DNA of 64,000 nucleotides from Hydrolagus colliei (Eukaryota). Made by a program: the position numbers and the translations under genes. The first letter of the stretch is position 1, and the number at the start of each line of letters is the position of its first letter. The notes below the pieces were generated by a model. It was not told the origin of the DNA and did not search any database. It saw only the letters and a list, made by a program, of their open reading frames with translations. Of this stretch, positions 51,321-63,668 are shown piece by piece. The stretch spans positions 18,166,001-18,230,000 of the forward strand of contig CM068743.1 in NCBI GenBank assembly GCA_035084275.1, given 5' to 3'.

Positions 51321-52719
51321 AGAGTTTAGTGTTGAATTATGTTGCTGTCCAGGTGCTCATTGTATCAGTTATTTAGGCTTCTTTAGGCTTGTTACTTCCA
51401 AACTGAGAGTGAGAGACTCATATAATAACATAAAGGAAGGCCATTTCAAGCCATTAAATTACTGTAAGATTCCAGTAACTGAATACAAAAAAAGGGTTCT
51501 GTTGAGTGAGATCTACCACCATTACTCCAGACGAGTTCTCATAAAGGCCTCAATAAATTATTTGCACATTACTGTGATTTTTTTCCTTCCCTTACAATTT
51601 CTCATTTTCATCTTTCTTTATTATGTTTATAGCTTTACTGTAACAGCTTAAACAAGTACTCTCTTTCTCTTTCAGCCAGAGGTCTTGTTTGACCCTCCCT
51701 TATTACATTCCCTCTCATCCAAGGGACATTGCCAGATCCTACTTCACCCAACCTCAAAAACCTCAAAACATCAAACTATTGAATACTAGCATCTGAAGAC
51801 AGTCTGTTGATTTCCTTACAGAAAGCTACAGCTAAACTTTGTATGTGATTCTACTAATTTACAGAAACAATAAAGTATAGCATATTCATGCTATTTATAT
51901 ATTGCCATTCTTCAACTGGCAAGAATTAAAGGCACTCAGTCCTTGCATTTTGGAAGCATTAGGAAAATGGGACACATTTGGAGGAACTGTGTAAAATACT
52001 GATGACTACATGCAATCTGCTTGGTTATCACTATAAATCCTCATGAAAGTCAATTTTCCAGAGCTTACCTTGGCTGTTTAGCTTGCTCGCAATATTCATC
52101 ACGTAGTTACCGGAGCAGAGTCAAACTACTACTTAAGAAATTCATCAGAATATAAATTCATCTTTCATAAATTCTGCATTCCAGTGACCTTACATTTTAC
52201 ATTATTACTGAGAAACACACATAGTCTTATAGGGAAATCAAATCACAAAATGCAATGCAATAGGGTACCAGGCACTATACTGAGTGACTGACTGATTGAC
52301 TGACTAACTAAACAAAGAAAACAGTATTCTTCTTCTGATTAATTTTTAAGATAAAAAGGATTTTTTTGTTAAAAGTCATCCTGGGTAACTGTTTTTGATC
52401 ATTCATCAGTTTTTTCCCTGGAAATGACGCATATGTTGACATTCCATCCCCTACCCCCATATGGTTGAATAGTTCACATATAAAACTCTTTCAAACATGT
52501 TCAAAGATCAGTCACTTTCCAAGAGAGAAGAGGGAAGGGGAGTATGCAGTAGGGATAAGGACAAGGGTTAAACTGGAAGGAATGTGTAGGGAGATTCCTT
52601 TCAGTTCTCCCAGCTATATACTCTTATTATTTGCCTTTGGCCAAACAAGATTGATTGCAAAAGGAGACCCATCTGTTTAAACTTTCTCAACTGGTTTCCT
52701 CTCATGGTATTATTAATAG

Positions 52720-52795
52720 GACAGACAACATGAACTCTAATGGATTTTTTGAGTCCTGTACAATCCTAACTTCCGATGTTACTGATGAGGAGGAG
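52720..52795 (+). other. Candidate small exon (MNSNGFFESCTILTSDVTDEEE if read from ATG 52730)
   Basis: TAG acceptor at 52717-52719, GAG|GTACGT donor at 52796, unique sequence. Weak pyrimidine tract; peptide not recognised. Confidence 0.2.
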
Positions 52796-53094
52796 GTACG
52801 TGGGTCCCGGAAAGGATGCATTTACTTCAATTCACAACCTTCCAAATCTACGGAAAACATGGTACAGTATTTGTGTATGAACCAATCAATACCCAGTCAT
52901 TACTATTTTTCTGGGGTCAGGCAGCTCTGGATCATTCCAAATCACCAACATCTTTTAAACTACACAATGCTTCTCCAACTCTGGTGTGGCTGTTTCTCAT
53001 AATTGAAGACAGAGGAATGATAAAGGTCATGAGACTTGAAATTCAGAACAATTAGGCTGATCTTTTCAACCGCACATTCGGTCACTTTCTTCCC

Positions 53095-54410
53095 CCTCCC
53101 AGCCAGGAGGGGGAAGAAAGTGACCGAAAGCGCGCTTGAAAAGAAAGGTCTTTAGCCGAGACCTGAAAGTAGGAATAGAGGGGGTGAGGCGAAAGGAGTG
53201 AGGAAGGGAATTCCAGAGCCTCGGTGACTGAAGTGACTGAAGGCATGGCCGCTGATGGTGGAGTGGAGGTTTGGGAGACAAGGAGGAGGTGAGACTCGGT
53301 GGAGCGAAGGCAATGGGTACTGTTGTAAGGAGAGAGGAGGTCAGAGAGGTAGGGGTTGCAGAGGAGTGGAGGGATTTCAACAAAAGAGTGAGGAACTTTA
53401 AATCGATCCTCTCTGGGAAAGAGCCAGTGCAGTCTGACGAGTGCATTTGTATAATCCAGCCAAGAGGTGACAAAGGCATGGATCAGGGTTTTGGTGGCTT
53501 TTGGGGTGAGACATTGGCGAGATGGGCAATGAGTCGGAGATGGAAGAAAGCAGTGTTGGTGGGGAACCGGATGTGGGGGAGGAAGGATAATTCTGGGTCA
53601 AACCTGATGCCTAGCTTGCGTATGGATTCGGAGAGTTTTAGAGACAGGTTGGATAGGTAGAGGAGGTGACAACTGTGCGATTGAAGACACTGACGAGAGC
53701 CAAAGTGTATGCCTTCCATCTTGTCAACATTTAGCTGAAATTTATGCTCATCGAGCTCCTGATGTCTGACAGGCAGGCAGACAGAACATCAGGGGACTGG
53801 AGGGATCGCAAAGTGAGGTGGAAAAATAGAGATAGGTGTTATCCGCATACATGTGGAAGTGTACACCATGTCTGCGGATGACAGCCCCAAGAGAGATCAT
53901 ATAGATTAGGAAGAGGAGGGGCCCAAGAGTGGATCCTTGGGGTACTCCACAGGTAACCGGGTGAGAATGGGAGGAAAAGCCGTTTGTGGAGATGTACTGC
54001 TGGTGGTTTGTGAGGTAGGATGGGAACCAGGTGAGTGCGGTCCCACTGAGGTGGATGACGGAGGACAGGCGGTGATGGAAGATGGAGTGTTCAACTGTGT
54101 CGAAAGCGGTGGAGAGGTCCAACAACAACAGCAACAACAACAAATTACACTTATAAAGCGCCTTTCACGTCGGGAGGACGTCCCAAGGTCCAGGAGGACA
54201 AGGAGGCAGAGGGAGCCCTGGATACAGATAGACAGGATGTCATTTGTGACTTTCACAAGCGCAGTCTCTGTACTGTGGGCAGGGCGGAAACTGAACTGAA
54301 GGGGTTTGAAGAGAGGGTGGGAGGAGAGGTGTGCGTGGAGTTGATTGGCAACAACGCTTTCTAGGACTTTGTCAATGAAGGGAAGTTTGAAATAGGGCGG
54401 TAATGGCTGT
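53095..54410 (-). mobile_element. L2 LINE (RT to 3' end) with nested 64-bp L2 tail
   Basis: HSTETALVKV, LDLSTAFDTVEH, CGVPQGSTLGP, MYADNT and LGIRFDPELSF motifs across frameshifted ORFs. Confidence 0.92.
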
Positions 54411-54494
54411 AATGTTCTTTTCACAAATTAAAAAAGAATGCAAGTTACAAAGAACATCAAGTATGGTAATATACATATTTACATCAAACATCAT

Positions 54495-54597
54495 CGCCCA
54501 CAAAATATACAGTCAATTTACTTTACAGTACATTCTGTGACACGCTTTGAGATGTCTCGAAGATATAAGGCGCTATATCAAATACAAGGATTATTAT
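54495..54597 (+). mobile_element. SINE 3' fragment
   Basis: CGCCCACAAAATATACAGTCAATT..GGCGCTATATCAAATACAAGGATTATT. Confidence 0.85.
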
Positions 54598-55369
54598 CAG
54601 TACAAGGAACAACATTTTAATTAAGAATGTTATAATTTGTAGCTTGTAATCTTGCCTATTTTGAAAATCAAATCAAAGAATTGGAGCATGCACATCAACA
54701 GAAAGAGGAAAGTGAAGTCAGATGAAAGTGTGTATAGTACTTGCCATCTGCTGCAGCCCATGTGATACAAGCAACTTGGCAACTTATCTTTAACTTTATG
54801 TGTGCATTACAAGCCAACATGTATGGCTGACTCACGACGGGAAGGCTCACACCTGGGATTTAGCGTAATGTTGAACAACTCTGATAAAAGCAGGAAGATG
54901 CATTTCACAGTACGAGGGAAGTATTGCGTGGGTAGTGTCCTCCAAGCACACCTGTTGGAAGAGGCAGGTAAACTACATAAAGTGGATCAGTTTGGATTTG
55001 TCCACAGCAAAATTGTGATTCATTAAAATTATCCTTTCTCAAATCCACCAATTTAAGGTAGTCACTGAATACAATGTGGACAATAATCTTCAGTACAACA
55101 GCTTCACTGTAGAATTCACTAGGAAAAAAAACAAAAAAGTGCATGTTGCACATTTTCAAATGTAATTCTGTATGGGTTGGGTAAGATGAATCTCCCAGGA
55201 ATAGATGGGGATTCCTATATTCCTAAATATAACTCTGAAAAACATATGGATGAAAGAATCAGGGAAGCGAGAAATTAAGTGGTACAGCAGTTTTAGAACA
55301 CAGTCCTTTCACTCTGATACCTGTATTTGAATATGATGCATACTGGATGGAGAGGGTTGAATGTTTTAT

Positions 55370-55785
55370 TTCATTACAAGCTTGCAACCTCACCCTTGTA
55401 TTCAAATCCCTCCACTCCTCTGCACCTCCCTACCTTTCCGACCTCCTCTCTCCGACCTCCTCTCTCCTCAAACCAGCACCCATTGCCTTCGCTCCACCGG
55501 GTCTGGCCTCCTCCTTGTCCCCTATATCCTCCGCTATGCCATTGGCAGCTGTGCCTTCAGCCACTACGCCACAAGGCTCTGGAACTCCCTTCCTCACTCC
55601 CTTCACCTCACCCTCTCTCTTGCCAGTTTCAGGTCTCAGCTAAACACGTTTCTCATCGACCGGGCCTTTGGTCACCTTTGTACCCCTGCCCCTGGCTCGG
55701 TCCCGGGATCCGTTATTGTGAAGCGCTCTGAGACGTCATCTGGCGTGGAGGCCGTTATATAAATTGAAATTGTTCTTGTCGTTTA
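55370..55785 (+). mobile_element. L2 3' fragment
   Basis: AFS..A.RLWNSLP..L..F.S.L.TFL C-terminus in ORF 55361; tail GAAGCGCTCTGAGACGTC. Confidence 0.85.
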
Positions 55786-57249
55786 GGAATTCTAAATGAA
55801 TTTATCTTGGGGATTCTGAATTCAGATCCCAAAGATCAGAATTCATCATTATTAAATAATTGCATATTATAAATTTAAGACAGGGCAACTCTTGCAATCC
55901 ACTTACCTGACTCCTCCAAGTTTCCGCAAGATTCCTTCAATAGATCTACCTCTAGATCAAATCATGGAATCTTTTTGATTGACAAGAATGTATCCAATTC
56001 CTTTTTGAAACGTTGTAGTTTCTTGTTCTACCATCCTGTATGAGTAGTTTGTTCATTGTCTTCTATTGCCGAAATAAGAAGTGCGGGACCACAAAAAATA
56101 AATCTATTAACCGTCCCTGGGGAAAGATCACTCGCTGACCAATAACATTTATCACAAAACCAAAAGATTGGTTCATCAAATTTGCTCTCATCCTTCCAGA
56201 ATATCCATCCTATTGTCTTCCCATTACTGCATTCAACTGTTTTTTTAAAATGAATCCAGCATCCCTGCCTCCACTACCTTTCCTGGCAACCAGTCAGCAA
56301 TTACTCTGATTGGGTAAAGAAATACTTCCCGATGTTTGTATGGATTTGTCCTTTACAATATTATCCCCGTGTCCTCTTATGCTTATAGTCTTGGTGCATC
56401 CAGAAGTAATTGAGCTTAATCTGCATCTACGATATACAGTAAAAGGCCGTTTATCAAATGCAAGGATTATTATTATCATACACTAATACCTCACCATGAG
56501 TGATACATTTTGGGTTCCAATCATGTTCCCTCCTGCAGCACTGATATAATGAAGCTTTTTTCTTTGTTGGAGTGAAGCACAACATTGAAAATAAGTTTGT
56601 TTCACTGGTTTCTTTTGCTTGACATCATTTAGCATTCTGACACTTGGAAAGGTTACCTTTATTTATTATCTTCTTAGCTTATAGTTACCACATTCAATTT
56701 AGAAAAATACAATTAAAACAAGTTGAATACTGCATTTCAATTGTGATGACTTTACTTCAAGCTGGTGAGAAGCATATATTTTGCTTTGCACTGCAGAAAG
56801 ATTAGGTTTGATTATAAAAATGATAATGCAAAAACAATAAGAGGTGTCAAAGTTCAAGCCTTTGCTTAAAAAAAACTTTCCATTATTACTCTTTCAGTCC
56901 AACTACTTTTTGGTCTTAAGCCTCTGCCAGAACAACTCTTGAATAGGCTGCTAAGTGATAGCAAGTTAATTTATCATTTGGTTTTCTTTCTCCTCATCTC
57001 TGCTTAGTGCCCGTCTTGCAGCTCAGTTGAAATCATGGCAATCTTATATTTCAATGCGCTATGGATCTATGCGTTCATACATCAATGCTCTGTAATAACC
57101 ACCCATTCTCTTCAATCATTTCCAGTCACTGCTTCTTCCTCCAACACTTTGAGGTTTAACTTTCTACAGTTCTCCATTGTTTATGACCAGGCCCTGGTCA
57201 ATTCATCAAGAACCATGTCCATATTTTCTGCCCTAAACTTGTTTTCACA

Positions 57250-57640
57250 ATAACAAAGGATTTATTTATATAGTCCCTTTCAATAACAGAATGTCTCAGA
57301 GTGCTCAACAAATCTAACGGTTAGCTTTCTTGAGCACAGCATTGCTCAGCAGAATAATGAGAGATTTAGGGATGTTCGCCAAAGGCATGGTCAAAGTGAT
57401 TTGTATTTAGGAGGGTTTCAAGGCAGGAAGACTGGTAACAAGAGAAAATAGTTTTGGAAGAATGTTCCAGATGAGAAGGGCATTAAGGTTGAAGGCATGG
57501 CTAGAAAGGAAGAGGACAGACCAGAGATGGGAGATTATGAGCAGGAATGTGGAGTTGGGGAATGCTGCATAGACAGGAACTGGGAAAGACTGTGGAGAGA
57601 CTTAATCTAGATCTCTGAGGTATTGGGGATTATTGACCTT
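57250..57640 (-). mobile_element. Old L2 3' fragment
   Basis: ATTTATATAG..CTTTCA tail; GGTCAAAG..TTTAGGAGGG and GTTCCAGA blocks. Confidence 0.5.
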
Positions 57641-58524
57641 CAGCAAAATTGGAGATTCTGAGTCTTATTCATGAGAGCATTTCCACTACATTTATGAATT
57701 AGTTGAAGTTTCTGGACTTGAAATTTCTTGACCTGAAATTTCTATCTGGTTCTAGATTCAGACTATTTTCTTAAATAGTTCATCTCTTAGGAGATAATCC
57801 CAAATTGATTATCATATTAGCTGATAAGAACAATATTGAACTCTTACTAAATGAATCCCTGGAACTCCAATGAAGCAACATCATGAGAATCATAGCTGTG
57901 CATGAAGTGTATGACCATATTGTCATCACAACCAGATCACACAATATAATGCGTTGAATGGTGAAGTGGAAAGCTTCCAAAATAGTCGCTGAGCAAACTG
58001 CATACCAACTAGCTATCAAAAGATGGATATTAAGGCACGTGCTCATGAATTTTGGATCATACTTCCAGCAAACATAGTCCCGGGCCTTGGTTTTCTCATT
58101 AGCTTTTCATCGAACATCTGTCTTCAGCCTTTGGAGTGACCTTTTGTAGGGAAGCTGATAAAGTGCCAGTAACCTCAAAATCATAGAAGTTCAGGTTCTA
58201 TGTCATGTATCAGGCTTGCTAATTACCAACCACTAAATTTAGTGCCCATGTGAATGGATTTTGCAATGAAGCAAGCTCACCGTGAGTCTGACTCTGCCTC
58301 CTGTGCAGCTGTTTCCGTTTTACGTTTCCATTCAACTTCACACTGTGATCATGGATCCCACACCAGGGCTGTAGGAAAGCTTTCTGCAGCATCACTAGCG
58401 TTTCAATCCAGGAAGAATTGTACAATCAATTTATCTGCCACAACTTAACCTGCATTGGGAATTTGCAAGAACCAAAAAAAAGTGCTCTTCATCCTGAGTT
58501 GCTCCCTTTCCCTCTTCTGTGACT

Positions 58525-58592
58525 GTCCAGCACCTTGTGACGTCCTCCTGACATGAAAGGTGCGATACAAGTGTAATTGTGTTGCTGTTGTT
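58525..58592 (+). mobile_element. Short L2 3'-tail insertion
   Basis: CCTTGTGACGTCCTCCTGACATGAAAGGTGCGATACAAGTGTAATT(GTT)n. Confidence 0.8.
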
Positions 58593-59146
58593 GAGTCCTG
58601 CAGACCTATTTCCATGCAAATTACCATGGACCAGGGCCGTTATATATAAATATGAACCAACAATTGGGGAAGATATTCATATATCATTCAAACAATACCT
58701 TCAAATTCATAGTTTGAGACATGCAGAGCCATAGCCGTACACTTGGAGGGGGGCATTAGCACACCACACTGGTTAGCCTGTTGTGCAAGACGGTGAATGC
58801 ATTAGATACCCAGTTTAATCTTCTTTCAAAGGTCAGAATCTCTTGTCAATATGTTCATAGTTAGCGCTGAGATGATTTTGAACACTTGAAGATTTGAAGC
58901 AGGCTAAACTGTCATGAACTGTAGTGTAATGGGCACGGGATTCCCATTACACTACAACTCCCCCCACACGCCCTACCAAAGACCCCCCCCCCCCCACCCC
59001 CAAAGCCCCCCACCCAACCACCCCGCACCACTGTGAATCCCACCTTGTTAAAAACAAATAATGTTCACCCTCATTCATGTCGCTGGGTGGATTTTGCAAT
59101 TACATGAAACCAAACCTAAGATTCATCTGTTACACCCTCTCCTCAT

Positions 59147-59510
59147 GGAGTCCTGTAGCACAGTGGGTTAGAGCACTCACCTCACAAGCGAGACCAGGGT
59201 TCAATTCCTGGCAGGGCGCAATGCTGGGCAGGTTTTCTTACTCCTCATGCCTCTGTTTATCTAAAAGTAGGAACTTGGTTGTTTGTCAATTGGTGGATCA
59301 CTTTTCCGGGTGTAATAATTCCTTCAAAAAAAGTTTTAATAATAAATTGTTTACTGAATCCACGACTGTTTGTGGGACACTGCTGTACACAATTGGCTGC
59401 ATGTTTTGCCCACAAAATATACAGTCAATTTACTTAACAGTATATTCTGTGAAGTGCTTTAAAACATCTGGAAGATGTAATAACGTGCTACATCAAATGT
59501 GAGGATTATT
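59147..59510 (+). mobile_element. tRNA-derived SINE, full-length long form
   Basis: GGAGTCCTGTAGCACAGTGGG head, GGGTTCAATTCC B box, TGCCTCTGTTTATCTAAAAGTAGGAAC segment, Deu block, GGATTATT tail. Confidence 0.9.
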
Positions 59511-59867
59511 AAGTGTCAGGAAAAATAGTACAGTATTCCCAAGGGAACAACAGCGTTTGATTGATTATGGTGGCTAAAGCTGTTTACAAACCTTTAAACA
59601 GTGAAATGCATTTATTTAAAATCATTGCGCACTGAGGTTTTTTTCAGTAAGTAATAATAGGTCCAGTATTTCACTACGGTTTGTGGAGCATCAGAATTAC
59701 CGCTTTTGGGACAGGAAGTCTGAACTTTTAATCTTCAGAACAGAACCTCAGGAACAATAAAACTGAAAGCGGCTTGGGGCAAGCTAATGAGCCAACCTGT
59801 AATTTTGGGTGCATTTCAGGGCTATTTATGAATCCTTTATTATTCTCTCAAGTAGTGTTTATAGTAT

Positions 59868-60095
59868 AAATCCTTGCAATTGATATCAGCCCTTATCATG
59901 TAGTTGACAGAATATTGTAAAGTCAATTGACTATATATTTTATGGGCGAACTGCAGTAACCAATTGCATACAGTGTCCCCAAAACAGTTGTGGATTGAAT
60001 AATCAAATTATGTTTTTGAAGGGATTATTACCTCCGGAAAGCAATCTGCCAATCGACTAACAACCAGGTTCCTACTTATCGCTAGGTAATCAGAA
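59868..60095 (-). mobile_element. Long-form SINE, 5'-truncated
   Basis: Tail through GCCAATCGACTAACAACCAGGTTCCTACTTA. Confidence 0.8.
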
Positions 60096-60419
60096 GTTCT
60101 ATTATATGCCTCGCATCGACCACATTGGAAAATTTAGATTGGTATTCATTACAACATATTTTTCGTATCAATCGGCAGGATTTTTTTCTTCAAAAAACAT
60201 GACCAGCGCCTTTAACTTCCCTACGGTTTGCCGCGAATTCCAAATGGACACCAACGAAACTTAAAAACCCGGTCCCAAGTTCTGAAGTGGAGTCAGTCCG
60301 AATGGATGGAGTTTTTTTTTTGTTGAATAAAAAAAAAGGGGGGGGGAACTGACCACAGCAAGGTGGGTTTTAAAACAAGTTAATGAGCCAGTTAACCATA
60401 AAAAGAAAATGTGAGATAA

Positions 60420-61100
60420 TTGTGTGTGTGTGTGTGTGTTTGTGGGAGGGTGGGGGTTACACACACACACACAAAAAAAAAAAAAACACTCAAGACAAGA
60501 CCCAATCTGGTCGGAAACGGTTGGCTGTATAATTTGGGGACAAATTCTGCCTCTCCCACAGAGACACTTTCAAGCGTCCCCAGCAAGGTGTCCCACAGAG
60601 AGCAAAGCAACGCATCTGCAATCGCAGTCAGCTTGTTCCATCGACCTCAACCATCCCCACCCCCACCCACCCACACACACACACACACACCACACACACA
60701 CACACACCCCCCACACACACACACACCCCTTCACACACACACCCCTCGCGTAAAAGCCACTGAGTGAGGAGCTGGACACTGCGATGTGAAGCAGGTCCTC
60801 TCCTCCTCTCCCTCCCTCTCCCCCCTCTCCTCTCCTCTCCACAGTCCAGTACAGATGGGATACCCCCTCCCCAGCCGAAATGACAGGGGCCTTTCTCTAA
60901 CCCGTGCATCTCAGCCTGGGATGACGCAGTGTTAATCTGCAGGCGATGTTAGTGTGTTAATAGGGAGGGGTGTGTGTGTGTGGGGGAGAGAGAGAGAGAG
61001 AGAGAGGGAGGGAGGGAGGGAGCAAGGACAGGAGTGGACTGGACGTGGCTGAGAGTAGCAGTGAGCGTCCCCTCTGTGTGTGGCTGCTCAGGTGAGTGAG
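60420..61100 (+). promoter_or_regulatory. Probable promoter and non-coding first exon of an unidentified gene
   Basis: TE-free, GC/CpG-elevated island with (CA)n and (GA)n tracts. CRE-like TGACGCA at 60922. Consensus splice donor CAG|GTGAGT at 61091/61092. Confidence 0.5.
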
Positions 61101-61617
61101 AGACTGAGTGAGTGAGTGAGTTGAGTGAGTGAGTTGAGTGGAGGCAAGAGCTTGTGTGGTGTTGGGAGCAAAGCAAGAGAGAGAGAGGGAGAGAGAGAGA
61201 GAGAGAGAGACAGCATAAACACCATGGGCGGGTCCCGGACTGCAGTCTTGGCATGGAGTGAGTGAGACTGAGTGACTGACAGCAGCTACTGTGAGTGACC
61301 AAGCTGCCCAGTCAGCCACAGGGAGTGAGGGCTGTGTGTGTGTGAGAGAGTGAGTGTGTGAGAGAGAGAGAGAGAGAGAAGGAAAGGAAAGGACAGAGTG
61401 AAAGATAAGACAGTGAGAAGCCGCTGGCACTCTGCTTTGCTGCTGACTTGACATAACCTCTCTCTCTCTCTCTCTCTCTCTGTGTCCAACTCCACACACA
61501 GCAAGATAACTCCAGACTCTGCAAAAAGGATTAAACCCCTGCCCTGCCCTGCCCTGCCTGTGTGTGTGTGTGTGTGTGTGAGCAGAGGGTAAGAGGCAAG
61601 AGACCAGCCTGGACATC

Positions 61618-61694
61618 ATGTCTGGTAACAGAGTACAGTTTGCGGGATTGCCACCTCTAGGGGATGGGAAAGACAGCCACAAAGTAGCAAGTAG
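61618..61694 (+). CDS. Candidate first coding exon (MSGNRVQFAGLPPLGDGKDSHKVA...), gene not recognised
   Basis: ATG with A at -3 (GACATCATG). A short non-repetitive coding-like island between microsatellites, followed by donor candidates GTAGGT (61691) or GTACAT (61695). Confidence 0.4.
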
Positions 61695-61718
61695 GTACAT
61701 TTCTTCTTTTGCACCTTA

Positions 61719-61750
<32 letters not shown>

Positions 61751-62032
61751 ACACAAAACCTCCCCAAACTTCTCGCTGTTCTCCTGCACGTGGTGTTAGT
61801 GTTATTTTTTTTCACACAAAAAAAGGTAAATAAATACATTTTGTGCGTCCGTGACCTTGTCTCTCGCTCACTCACCCACCCACTCACTCACTCACTCACT
61901 CTGCCTGATTCGGGACAGACAGCGCAGCGTAAATGTGTTGTGTGTGTATTGTATGCAAATACTGTATGTGTCATCATATAGGTATAGTGTGTGTCTATGT
62001 ATAGTTCATATGTACGTACGTACGTACTGTAT

Positions 62033-62271
62033 NNNNNNNNNNNNNNNNNNNNNNNNNNNNNNNNNNNNNNNNNNNNNNNNNNNNNNNNNNNNNNNNNNNN
62101 NNNNNNNNNNNNNNNNNNNNNNNNNNNNNNNNNNNNNNNNNNNNNNNNNNNNNNNNNNNNNNNNNNNNNNNNNNNNNNNNNNNNNNNNNNNNNNNNNNNN
62201 NNNNNNNNNNNNNNNNNNNNNNNNNNNNNNNNNNNNNNNNNNNNNNNNNNNNNNNNNNNNNNNNNNNNNNN
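62033..62271. other. Assembly gap (239 N)
   Basis: Run of N. Confidence 1.
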
Positions 62272-62543
62272 TGTCTCCCTACCTTGTGCTTTCAGCTACT
62301 TGCCCAGAAACTCTGGAACCCCCTCCCTCAACTTCTCTGCCTTGCCCCCCCCCCCCCCCCCCCCCCTCTCCTCTTTTTCAAGTCCTGCCTTGGAAACCTT
62401 CGTCTTCGACTGTGCCTATGGCCACCACTTACCCCGCGCTCTCCCCCCCCCCCCCCCACCCCCCCCCCGGCTTGGAAATCAGGCTCCGCCACCGTTAATC
62501 ACTCTGAGATGCCACCCTGTGTGGAGGGCGCTATATAAGTGCA

Positions 62544-62576
<33 letters not shown>
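62272..62576 (+). mobile_element. L2 3' end
   Basis: GCTTTCAGC..AACTCTGGAAC..TTCAAGTCC..AAACCTTCGTCTTCGAC; tail GGCGCTATATAAGTGCAT(GTT)n. Confidence 0.8.
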
Positions 62577-63039
62577 ATGTGTGTGTGTGTATGTATGTGT
62601 GGCTTGTGGGCAGTATACTTCATGTTGGCCAGTTCCGTGTTTAATGTGGAAGGAGTCGCCTGCAACTCTGGGAATATTCCCTTTTCTCTTCAATGATGCG
62701 TTTCCTCAGCGCTGTTCACTTGAAGTCCTCAATCCTGGGGCTCGCAGTGGCCATATAGATCATGCATATAAATCGATGGTTTTAATGTTGTTATAGTTGC
62801 TACGTCCTGTCAGAATGTTGCATTGGTTTCATGTGGGATACTTTGACATAAGTGCAGTACTGTACTTTATCTTCAAAAACCTATTATCTCATGTGGAGTT
62901 AATTGGTGTGATTTCTTTTTTGTTTAAAAAAAAGCATTGAGGGCAAGCCAGATGGACTATAATGGTATATTTGTACAATCCTATGTTGCCAAGCATACAG
63001 TCTTACAATGTTTTAAAGATGTATCATCTCCTGATATAT

Positions 63040-63262
63040 TCTGCGCCTGTACCTTGACCGCCCCCCCACCCCCCACTTTCGCTCCCCACTATTAATGTTC
63101 TACCTTAAGACCAATATTTTCAACCACGCTTTCATCACCTTCCTCGGCTTCCCCCCACCCTCCCTCCCTCCAGCTCCCCCACTCCACGCACGGCACCCAC
63201 TCAGCTGTCTGACTTTGAGACGTCCATGTGAAATGTGCTATCTAAATGTAAATTGTTGTTGT
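63040..63262 (+). mobile_element. L2 3' end fragment
   Basis: CCTTAAGACC..TTCAACCACGCTTTC; tail TTTGAGACGTCC..GCTATCTAAATGTAAATTGTTGTTG. Confidence 0.65.
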
Positions 63263-63668
63263 GTTTTTAATGAGATAAATGATGTACATTAATAAAAGAA
63301 TTGGGTTTTTAATATTATCAAATATTATCATACTTTTAATAGATATTTTTGTGATTATGCACATGAAGTGACTTAACATCTTTATTATCTTTTCTCACAT
63401 TGTATGCGAGTTAAATGACAGTCACTTTAAATTATGCAAGGCAAGCTGAGTACTGCTTTGGCATAAGCAAATGCACAGTTTACTGTAGGGACAATGGCTT
63501 ACCATTGTTGTTCAAATTTACTTGCATCTACGCTTTTGTTACTTCAGATGTGTAGTTAAATGCTTTTGGTGAAAAATATGCTGGGTAATGGATGTGTTAA
63601 CAAGTTGATGGAAAAAAAAGTGATCAGTTAAGTGTATTCATTGTATTCTGGTCTTGGCTGTGTGTGCT

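Noticed and set aside
60261-62796. Long ORFs (up to 247 aa) rich in HT/CV/SL/ER repeats or spanning Ns
   Set aside because: Artefacts of microsatellites and the assembly gap.
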